Assembly (NCBI GenBank): GCA_037379345.1
Contig: CM074512.1
Coordinates: forward strand, 21,204,001 to 21,268,000
DNA: 64,000 nucleotides
Reading direction: 5' to 3'
Source: Perna viridis
Lineage: Eukaryota
Shown here: piece after piece, positions 27,561 to 38,800 of the stretch
Layout: each line of letters begins with the position of its first letter
How positions within the stretch are numbered: position 1 is the first letter of the stretch
The notes under the pieces: generated by a model
Told to the model about the DNA's origin: nothing
Databases searched by the model: none
Seen by the model: the letters and a program-made list of their open reading frames with translations, nothing else
Made by a program: the position numbers and the translations under genes

Positions 27561-28562
27561 TCTGCCAAATGAATAAAACAGAAACTTAGAAGAAGAGAAA
27601 AGGAAGACAGCAGAAAAGATAAAAAAAAATACCTCTGCAGATCCCTATGATGACGTCCAAGTGACTACTTTTTTTGTGTGAGCAAGGTTTCAAGAAGAAA
27701 TTACTTTTTTTCACGGGTCAAGTTATCAAAACTATAAACTAATCAAGCGCAAAATTTACCTTGGTTCCCTCGTATATCCTGGTTTATTTGAATAGATGCT
27801 ACTGTAATGAGATGCTAACCCTGGCTGAAACCCCACACGAAAGCATCCTCAAGACTATTGTTTTTTTAAATAACCCATTGAAATCTTGAACGGTAGATGT
27901 CAAGGGTTATTAAAACCAATTCAGCCCTGCCTCTGGTATACACAAGGGAATTACCATTTAATTTTTATGGCGGAAAAGGGGGAGGGTTTAGCCAGGATCA
28001 AATTTGAAACAAAAGGCTCTCAGGAGCCTGAATTACTGACCTGGTTAAATGTTTGTCTTTCAAGGGCAATAATTCTAACAAGGAGTTGTCTGACAATTTT
28101 GACTAAACGAAGAATTTTATAGGCATTATCATAAGGATCATTTCAGCAACTGAAAATTTCTTTTATCTGTCAGTTTTCAAGATATTGGCTGAAAACTGTA
28201 AAAATGGCTTAACAGATTAAAACGAAAATTGAACTTTGGATGATGCTGAATACATTTACCCTAAGTCAGAATTAGACTAAACCTGTCGATTTTGGAGCTA
28301 TATGCGAAAAACCTCTGTCTGACCCTTACGTTCTATTTTTAGTAACAGCAGCCATATTTTTCGATGGATAAATAATCCAAACACCAGATCTACGCAGGAT
28401 ACCCCAACTTTGGTTCATACTGGTCAAATAGTGTCAAAGGAGAAGATTTTTGAAAGAAACAACATTAAAAAATAGCCAAAAAAAAAAATGAAAAAGGGCA
28501 ATAAAGGCCGTGAGGTCTTTAATTTTGAAACGAATGAAAGTGTTAAGTAGGTCAATGAGTGC

Positions 28563-30203
28563 CATGACAAATATGTTGTCGTACCAGCAGACAAAGCCCA
28601 AAACAACATTGTTTTTGTCTGCAAAACGTTTTATATCAAATGTTTATTATCAGAGGTAGACGTAGAAAATAATAGCAGTGATAGGGCCTACACTGCTACC
28701 ACTCTCTCCAAAGAAGAGATTGTGGAAAACCATAAATCTGTGCTATCCTCTTTTGGTCTCTCTACCAAGGACGATGACTGTGATTTACCGTCTATGTACT
28801 GGATTCCCAAACTTCACAAGAATTCATACAAACAACGTTTCATAGCTGGATCTGCAAAATGTACCACCAAAAATCTTTCAAAACTTAACTTCTATACTCA
28901 CAACTGTCAAAGAGGGTCTGCAGTCCTAATACAACACGTGTTACTCCCGTAGTGGTATTAATTCAATGTGGATCCTGAAAAATTCGAAAGATTTGTTTTG
29001 AGACAATCAGTTCAAGACTAATATCAGAATATAATAGCATTATAACCCATGATTTTTCAACACTGTATACTTCTCTTCCCCATACTCAGTTGAAATCCCG
29101 ACTTAAAAACATTATACATCGTTGTTTTTACAAAAAAGATAGTACACCTAGATACAAATATATAGTTCTTGGTAGAGATTCCTCATACTTTGTAAGAAAT
29201 AATTCCAAATCATTTTCCAAATATACAGAGGAAGATGTTTACAAAATGCTGGAATTTTTAATCGACAACATATTTGTCCACTGTGGTGGACGTGTTTTTC
29301 AATAAACGGTCGGCATTCCAATGGGAACAAATCGTGCTCCTTTACTTTTACTGACCTATTCCTTCACTCTTATGAGGCTGACTTTATAGCTGATCTGATC
29401 AGAAAGAAAGAATATCGTTTGGCTAGATCCTTCAATCTCAGTTTCCGCTATATAGATGACGTATTATCTTTAAACAATCCTAATTTTGGGGATTTGATAC
29501 ATCGCATCTCCCCAAAAGAACTTGAGATAAAGGATACCACAGACACTGTGAAGTCAGCCTCATATCTTGACCTACACTTAGAAATCCATGGTAAAGGAAA
29601 ACTATTGACCAAACTTTACGACAAACGTGATGACTTTTTATTCAGAATTGTCAACTTTCCTTTCATCTGTGGCAACATCCCTTCGGCTGCTGCGTATGGA
29701 GTGTTCATATCACAACTCATACGTTATGCCAGAGCTTGCCGAAACTACGTAGACTTTTTGTATCGCGCTAGAACTCTAACAAATAGGCTTCTGGAACAGG
29801 GTTATGTTGCTACAAGATTGAAGTCATCACTACAGAAGTTTTATGGTCGTCATCATGAACTCGTGGATCGTTATGGTGTATCCATCAGCACCATGAAAAC
29901 TGATGTATTCAGCAGGTCATAGTTTTCCTTTCCTCGTTTGTATACCCCGGACTTTACTTTTTATGAGCAACTCGGTAGGTGTTTCTAGAAAAGCAGAGGA
30001 CGCTTACCCTACCGGTGTACCTGGTCCATGCTCCCAGTTTTTAGTGGAGTCCGAGTTGCTCATTTACTTTTGTTACTTTGTATGTATGATTTTAGTTACT
30101 TTATGTTCTTTGTTGTGTATGTCTGTTTTCCATGTCTGGTCTTTGTCCTTGGATTACATTCTTTTGATTACGCTATAACCATGGTTCCCTTGATTACTCT
30201 TTC
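28563..30203 (+). mobile_element. Penelope-like retroelement (Naiad-type RT), 5'-truncated; copy 2, inserted in a non-autonomous repeat
   Basis: HDKYVVVPADKAQNNIVFVC, MYWIPKLHK, FLIDNIFV, GIPMGTN, FRYIDDVL, SASYLDLHL, KRDDF.FRIVNFPF, YGVFISQLIRYARAC; several frameshifts and stops. Confidence 0.9.
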
Positions 30204-30514
30204 CAACATGGTTTACCAAATTAAAACGAAAATTTCACCACATATAAAATGTAGATCTAATCATGCTGAACACTTTTATTCTGTCAGATTTGCTAAACCT
30301 TACGGTTTGGAGATGTACGCAAAAAAATATTGTCTGACCCCTATGTTATATTTCTATTTTTTTTTTAAAAATAGTGAACGACGACGACGGATGTCAAACA
30401 ATGGCAACAGCTCACATGGCCTTCAGCTAAAATGGCAGGATCTATCCTTAGTTTAATATAAAAATATATTTCGGTGCTTTGTGTCAGAGAAAAGACAGGA
30501 CCTACACTGCTCAG

Positions 30515-31520
30515 AATTAGAGGCTCAATAGAGCCTGAATCTATCACCTGGTTAATCATTTGTTTATTTGAAAAAAACTTAAGGAATGAGACAGGATAAG
30601 TAAAAATCAACTAATTGTCAAACGTTCCTTCCGACCCCTATGTTCTATTTTTAGTAGTGGTGGCCATGTTTTTTTTTCTCACATAAAAAATCCCAACAGT
30701 CTGTTTGTGTAGGATACTCTAAGGTACAAATAAGCCAACTTGCATTTAATTCTGTAAAATGGTTTGTGAGAAGAAGAGTGTCAAAGTTATACTTGCAAAA
30801 TATGGCAAAAAAAACTGTTTCAGGGGCCATAACTCCTACATCAAATGATGAATTGTTTAGAAAATTTCAGCATAGGTCTGTCCCATGATGCTGAACAATA
30901 TTACTTGCTGCCAAAACTTTGCTAAAGGAAACAACTTTTGAGTTATTTGCAAAAAAAACTGCATTCGGGCCCTTATGTTCTATTTTTAGTAACAGTGGCC
31001 ATGTTTTTTTCATGGATCAAAAAATCCCAATGGGAATTTTGTGTGTGATACCCTAAGAAACAGATACGCCAACTTTCATTGAATTCTGTAAAATGGATTT
31101 TGAGAAAAACATTTTCATGTTTTCAAGTTGTACATGTGAAAAATGCCATAAAAGCTGTTTCAGGGGCCATAACTCCCACATCAGTTAAAAAAATTGTTTT
31201 AAAAATTTTGGCAAAGGTCTGGGTCTTGATGCTGAACAATATTGTTCCAGCCAGAATTGGGCTAAAAGCAACAGTTTTTGATTTTTTTTGCCAAAAAATG
31301 GCTTCAGAACCCTGTGTTCTATTTTTAGTAATGGTGGCCATGTTTTTTCACAGATCATAAATCCCAATGGTAATTTTGTGCACAATACTCTAAGCAACAA
31401 ACATGCCAAGTTTACATCCTGTCTGTCCTGTAGTTTCAGAGGAGAAGATTTTCCAATTTTTTTTTCACAAGGACGACAGTGATGGCATAAGCTCACCTGG
31501 CCTTTGGACAGATGAGCTAA
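30515..31520 (+). mobile_element. Non-autonomous (MITE/Helentron-HINE-like) element with ~350-bp internal repeats; related element at ~56678-57470
   Basis: 5' agaggctc..gagcc...tcacctgg; 3' hairpin gctcacctggcctttggacagatgagctaa; repeated tgttctatttttagta..ggtggccatgtttt. Confidence 0.7.
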
Positions 31521-32715
31521 TAATCAAGGCCCTCCCTCCCATAAAAATTAAATGGTTGCCCCCAACTGAAGAATTGGATTGAAGTCGATCTTGAGAAGTG
31601 ATCAAATCATAAACACAACAGATGACAAATGATGCTGGTAGCTAAGTGATGAGGCACAAACTATTTGATTTTAGGAAAAGGGGAGGGGTGCTGAGTTTTT
31701 AGAAAAAAATCTGGCCTTCGTTTTTGACAAATAAGATTATTTGACTATTATCAGGGGTGGTCACAATATTTAAGCTCACATTTTGCCCTTGGTAAAAAGA
31801 TTAATTTTCCAAATCTAATTACTAGTTATCTGGCCCACGAAGAGGGAAAGAAATTCTGGCTTGCATTAATCCCCAGAAAACAAATGGTCTATTATAACAT
31901 ATGGTCAAATGTACTTTTACTCTCACGCAATACTGATTTCAAGGTGTACATCAATTTCTTGTAAATCTTAAAATCAATCATTAAAGTAAATTGCTTTGTT
32001 TTCTTGGGGGTGATTTATACTGACTAACATACTTTTTCTATGCTGAAATTTTGTATATAAAGGAGAAGGGGTGTTAAAGGCTCTTATTGGCCGAAAATAC
32101 AACTGAAAATTAATCATCAAGTATAAAAGTGCTAAATGGGAATTTGGAGACTTGAATCCATAACAACTGAGAAAACAAAAGGACTTCAAAAAGTTCTTGC
32201 ATTAAAAGGATAAAGGAATTGTTTGAAGTTTACCAAATTTCAGATATCTGTTCAATTTTACTTTTTATTAACTTTCCAGTCATATTTCTGACTAAGAAAT
32301 GGTGTCCACATCCAAGTATCAATTTCATATTTAGTTAATACATTCATTATTACATAGTTCATCATATGTGGAAATAAAACATTTGTTTTTTAGGTGTAGA
32401 CATAATTTATTTACAGGATGTAAATATTTCTTGAAAAAAAAATACAATTCTCATCAGTTTTGTTGAATTATGTAAAACTGTGTCACCATTGTAATGTCAT
32501 TTTAATGAACTTAAACCACAACACGTTTTCATATTTATATATTTTACCATGTTTTGAACAAACATATACATGTATAAATAAAAAACATAGCAATGGTGAT
32601 GTCCCCAGCTTGTTTTAGTGGAATTGTCAAGGAAAGCAAAGTTACACCATTTGCAGAATTTATGGTAAAAAATTTCTGGCAATGAACACTGACAAAACAA
32701 AAGATTTATATTATT

Positions 32716-32841
32716 TTATTCAGTAATCATTCTTGCTATTTTATTAGCCTGGACATATTTTGTCCTTTTTTCCATCTTCTCTAACTTCTTTTTTCCATTC
32801 ATATATTTCTGCAGCACATCAGGAATCATTACATCTCCATT
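32716..32841 (-). CDS. SARS2: SARS2 terminal exon ([14 protein letters not shown]...RMITE*)
   Basis: caacag acceptor; IP.VL..YM motif; TAA. Confidence 0.9.
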   Translation of the reverse strand, partial: NGDVMIPDVLQKYMNGKKKLEKMEKRTKYVQANKIARMITE

Positions 32842-35800
32842 CTGTTGAAAATAAGTTAGTAATATGTATTGGTATAGCACTTCAGGAATTTGAAAAGTAC
32901 AAGTAATTTTGAAGAGAACAAGAGGCTCCCAGAAGCCTGCATTGCTCACATGGTTCAATATTTGCTCTTCAATGGCAATAACTCTAAGAAGGAGTCCTCC
33001 TACAACTTTGAAACCCCATTGGACTTTAGTAGGCCTTATCATAAAAATCATTTCATCTAATAAAAATTGTTTTTTTATCCATTATAGTTTCCCTGAAATA
33101 GCCAAAATTGCCATTTTCGCCTTTAAGGGCATTAACTCTAAACAAGGAGTCATCTGACAACTTTGATCCAAAGAGAGACTTTTGTAGGACTTATCATAGA
33201 GATCATTTCATCAATTGAAAGTTTTTTTTTAAATCTATCATAATTTTCAATATATTGGCTAAAAACTGTATTTTTGCCTTTCAAGGGCAATAACTCTAAC
33301 AAAAAGTTGTCCAACAACTATGAGACTATAAGAGACTTTTGTAGGCCTCATCATAAAGCTTGTTTCATCAATTGAAAGATTTTTTTCTATCTACTATAAC
33401 TTTCCAGAAAAAAAATGGTTGAAAACTGCAAAAACATCATTTTCACCTTTCAAGGGAAATAACTCCAAAAATCTACTATAGCTTTCCGGAAAAAAATGGT
33501 TGAAAACTGCAAAAACATCATTTTCACCTTTCAAGGGAAATAACTCCAAGAAAAAAAATCATCAGACAACTTCTACCGGTACCAAAAAGACTTTTGTAGG
33601 CCTTAACATGAGGATCGTTCCATCAACTGAAATTTTTTTTTGATCTATTATAGTTTTTGTGATATTGGCTGAAAACTGCAAAAATGTAATATTTTGCTTT
33701 TCAAGGGCAATAAATCTAACAAGGAGTCTTCAGAAAATTTTGACTGGAGGAGACTTTTGAAGGCCTTAACATGAGGAAAATTTCATCAATCGAAAGGTTT
33801 TCCTATCACTTTTCTTTGCATTTCAAGGGCAATAACTCTTACAAGGAGTTCTCAGACAACTTAGACCCATAGAGAGACTTTTGTAGGACTTATCATAGAG
33901 ATCATGTCATCATTGAAAGTTTCTTCTATTTATTATAGTTTTCAAGATATCAGCTGAAAACTGCAAAAACTGTCATTTTTCACCTTTCAAGGCCAACAAC
34001 TCTAAGAAGGAGTTGTCTGACAACTTCAAACCAATGGAGACTTTTGTAGGTTTTATCATCAATCGAAAGTTTTTTTTCTATCAATTATAATTTTCAAGAT
34101 ATTAGCTGAAAACTGCAAAAACCTTCATTTTTCATGTTTCAAAGGCAATAACTCTTAACAAATACTTGTTTGACAACTAAACCCAAGTTTAACTTTTGTA
34201 GAGCTCTTCAAGCTGAAGAAGGCAGGTCTCTGAGACATGTGTAGAAATTGGTGACTTGACCCCTGTGGTCGAAAAGATAGCAAAGGCGGCTATTTTTTGA
34301 CGGTTCAAAAACAACCATAGTGCATGATACCCTAAGGAACATCCATGCAAAATTCAGAGGAGAATATTTTATAAAAAAAATTGTTAACCGACGATGATGG
34401 ACGCTAAGTGATTTCCACTAATTTCCAATAAAAAGAGGAGGTGTCAATCCCCACACCCCCTCAGACCAACATATCCTGCCCCATTGGTTTTCTGTGTAGA
34501 AAAATCTATGATCAGAGCTCACCTTAGTCTGGTTAGATTCCAGTATATTCATGATAAGTCGAGGAACAGCACAGGCAGTACCATTGACCTACAAGTATAT
34601 CCACAACATCAAATAGAGTACAAATATAATTTTGAAAGCACTTGTTTTAAATGTGGTTTACCTTCAAAATTTAATTTCTTAACTGTAAAAATGTAATACT
34701 GCTAACTGCAGGGGAGTGTAATGACTATATTTTCATAGTAATACCGTTTATTCTTGTTAACCTTGTTTCATATTTTCCTTGACCTGATAGTGACATGTAA
34801 ATGGTGGGTGAATGTTGAAATACAGATGGAAGGGAGTAATAGTATTGCACTGATTTAGTAATGTCTACGTGCGGCTTTGCCTGTCTGATTCCAGGGGCAG
34901 ATACAGGAAATGAAGAATGGAAGGGTGGTTGACTAACCAAAGATTACACTGTCGTACTGTAGTGATTTTCTATTATTGCAACCAATTTTCACGAAAGACT
35001 GAAGAGCCCACAGTCCAGGATTAGCCTTAGGAATCTATTCATCAACTGTGGAAGGCCACGTTTTTATTTTCCAGCTCAGCATTATTCTGTTTTTATGACA
35101 CTTTTAGAAATCATACAAATCCTAGTTTCATAAACAAAAAACAAAACAAAACAAAAAAAAATGAAACAGAATAAGAGTCTATGATAATACTCAGCATCAA
35201 TAATCATGAGGCATTTGTTTTAAGGTAAAAAAAAAACATGTCATTTCAAAGACTCAGTTGAATAAAAATACAAAGCTGCTCACTCAAAGTTGACTCTGAG
35301 TTTCCAAAATATCATATCAAAATATGGGATACTAAGACAAAGTTATTGACCACAAATTACTGGTAGGAAACTTTCTTATTATTAGTACAAAATTCATACA
35401 ATAATTTTCTTCCCAATGCGTGATACTCATTAAATTTAATTAAAAGTCTAACTTGATTTGAAATGATCCCATGATTGCTAAATGTACTCTCCTCTACCAA
35501 AAAAACTGTAATTAAAATCTTACAATTTAATTTTGTGCTTGTGGTGCACACTTGAAAATAACCTGTGTGCACCACATGATTGAGGTTATTTCTTCATAGA
35601 AAAAAAACCATATAATTCATTCCTTAAATGATATAATGATATTATAGAAAAATAAAAAAAATATGTTTACATTTTGTTTGTATGACAAAAAGATTTTTTA
35701 AAATAGAAATACTGTGAGAAAGAAAATGTGTCCCCCTGCTTCAAGTGAAATTAATTAATGTAAAACCCTAAAATGATAAAACCTTTGATAGATGGGTATG

Positions 35801-38800
35801 TATAACAATGAACAATATAACTGAAATTATATTTACTGTATGAGCATAATGTAGGCTGTCATCGACTGTGTGACTGATTGATAATCTTCTACTCTGGAAG
35901 TCGGTACAATTAGATGTGCTGGAGATCTATAATGTTATTTCTCATAAATATTTTGATTATTTCAATTCACAAATGAAAATAAGTGATCAGTTTAAATTAA
36001 AATGTATTAAAACAGTGAAATTTGTTCCAGAAAAGCTCTTTGATAAAAAAAAAATTATTCCACTAAACTTTACATGAGTTATTAATTACACTATAACAAT
36101 AAAGTTGAAAAAGATAGCACTTTCTGTATATCTGTTACACTTTTCATTTCATTCATTATAAAGCTAAGATAACATTGTTTCGAGAATTTAATATGACTAT
36201 CTTTGTGGATATAAACCACAAAAATCCCCAAAAATCTTTCGTAACACAAATGCAAGGTAAGAGTGACGCTGACAATCAGTTGACTGTTCCTATACTTGGT
36301 ATAATTGCTGTTTTCATGCTAAAAATATATACTCAATACTTTGCACTAAAATGTGGTATTTGTAATATATTATCATGACCGACTAAAGGATTACTTAATG
36401 TCCTTGGCTATTATTTGTTCATGAAAATCATTTATGTACTTTAGTAAGCGAAACATTTTTGTTTGATTATCACACTTGCAACTTTTTTTTCTATGTCGTA
36501 AAGAGAGATTATTTTAATGGTGAAGTTTTGTTGTTTCATTACCTTAGTCAACAGCATTTTCAAGAAAATCATGTCTGTACTTTAAAAAGTAAGTGAAACC
36601 TTATGTAATGATCACAGTGGCAATTTGAAATATGGATGAAATGTATGTAACCCCGCACTACCTTCACTCTATGTTGTAAAGACAAGTTTTCAATGTTACA
36701 CATTTGTGTATTATTTACAACATGTTAGTCAACATTTTTTCTCTTAAATGAAAAATTCTACACATATTGGTGCTACATGTGTACAATTAATTAGAAGCAA
36801 CTGAGTGACCTAGATTTTCAAGTCTTAATTAATACCAGCATCTGGCATCTGTTAGAAATCTGGTTACTATTTTATTTGTTCCAGCAGAACATTATTTTTT
36901 AATTTACAGAGGCCTATCCTAATATACTGGACATTTTTTGTAATATCCATATCTATCTTGCCCTATCTATCATATTATCAACTGAAAGGGTTTTCTATCT
37001 ATACATGTTACAGCATGTACTACAAGTATTACGCATGTTTTTTCAAGATAAAAGCTAAAGAACCCGGTCTTTGTTCACACTACACAAATTGAAAATTCTT
37101 CCACCAATTTTAATAAACTTTGATTAATTGTGTTTTTATTGGAAATTTGCTGTCATGTAATGATTTGACACTGTTCTCTGTTGTCAATGCATGTCCATAG
37201 ACAATTAGCTTCATGTGATAATTATGGTAAATGTAATACAAGTACCGATATTAGTTGATTGCTCAAGTTTTCAAGTCCAAAAGGTTGGTATTGATTTTGG
37301 GAGATATGACCTCAATCAGTAGGACCAAAAGCAAGCATTTCATAGAATTGAACTATATACATGTAACTTAAGTAAAAGCAAATGAATGTCTCTGATATTG
37401 CTCTACAATTTTCTATACCACTAAGGTTAGACTGGTTTTGAACCTTTAAGGAATGATGGGCCAAAATAAAGGGCCAGAAACCAGCATTTTCCTGAAGTAC
37501 CAGGTACAAGTAAATTTATCTTTTTGAGATTGTAATACAAGGTTCCATTTTGGGGCTGTGACTTGATCTGATTAAGAACTAGGGGTAAAAATGAAGCAAC
37601 TTCCTGATGTCTAGATGATAACTTGAGTAAAGCAGAACAGATCTCTTTGAAATTGTACCACGATGTGCCTTTTCTACAAAGGAAAGTTCAGACTGATTTG
37701 AACCATATGAGGGCCAAAAAGGGCCACATTGATTCTGGTGAAATTCTTTTCTCCGAAGGAAAGTTCAGATTGATTTGAACCAAGTAAGGTTAAAAAAAAG
37801 GCCACGTTGATTCTGGTGAAATTCTCATCTCATTGTCAATGCAATCGAAATTCAAAGCTGTATCAACCTTGAATAGTATGTCCATGCTTGCCTCTACTTT
37901 TTCGAAGTTCAACCCTGCAGTCATATGAAGCTGTCATAAAGGACGTATTTTACTGGATTATGGGATTTCACATTTTTATTTTTTAGAAGTACAAAGATTT
38001 AACTGTGTGACATACTCTGTGTAGATGTGTATTTTTTTGCTGAGATTTACAGTGTAGTTATCATTGTGTTACCAGGTCATTTGAGTAGAAGTTAATTCTG
38101 ACATAGAGTCCTACAGAGGTATGTTTCTTATTATACCAGGGCAGTTTTGTATTTTCAATCAATTAAATTGAAGTACATTTTGAACTAAATTTAACCATAC
38201 AATCCAAATTATATTTTTAATTATATATTATGTATTACTTTCAAAGTATTTGTAGCAATATTACTATTCCAATTGGCACAGAGAGTATGGGAAATTTATA
38301 ACATAAAACTGTCTTAAAATCTCAACACAAAATTACAACATACTGACATTGATTGTGTGGACCCATTGATGATCCTAATGTTTACACGTTCATTTGTTAT
38401 AGAACAATATATAATCTTACACTATTTTTTATTATTTTTTTGCAATCTCTGAAGAGCAAGGACTGATGTTGCTTGAAATAAATTATTGCTTGCAAGAGGT
38501 TTCTTTGTGTTCTTTCTGTTAAAGAAACAAAATGTCAGGAAAATGGCATCAACTTTATTCTAATATATGTAACTTCATGTAATCTGCAACAACTATGCAG
38601 TTTCTTTTCAGAGTTGTGGAACTTAAAAACTTATGTACAGAAATATCCTTATTCAATGTAACTGATAGATACCACACTGTTAGATTATGTCCATACTTGC
38701 CCCTAGGGAGTCTGATTCCACACTTGTAATATTTAAAAATTTTACCATTGATAAGCAATCTTGTGATATGAATTGGTGTATTGCTAGTGTACAGATGTTC

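Noticed and set aside
29963-30063. SECIS element (some Naiad PLEs encode selenoproteins; the motif starts ATGA)
   Set aside because: The ATGA is Watson-Crick paired with TCAT rather than forming a GA/GA quartet, and the stop shared by the copies is TAA, not TGA.
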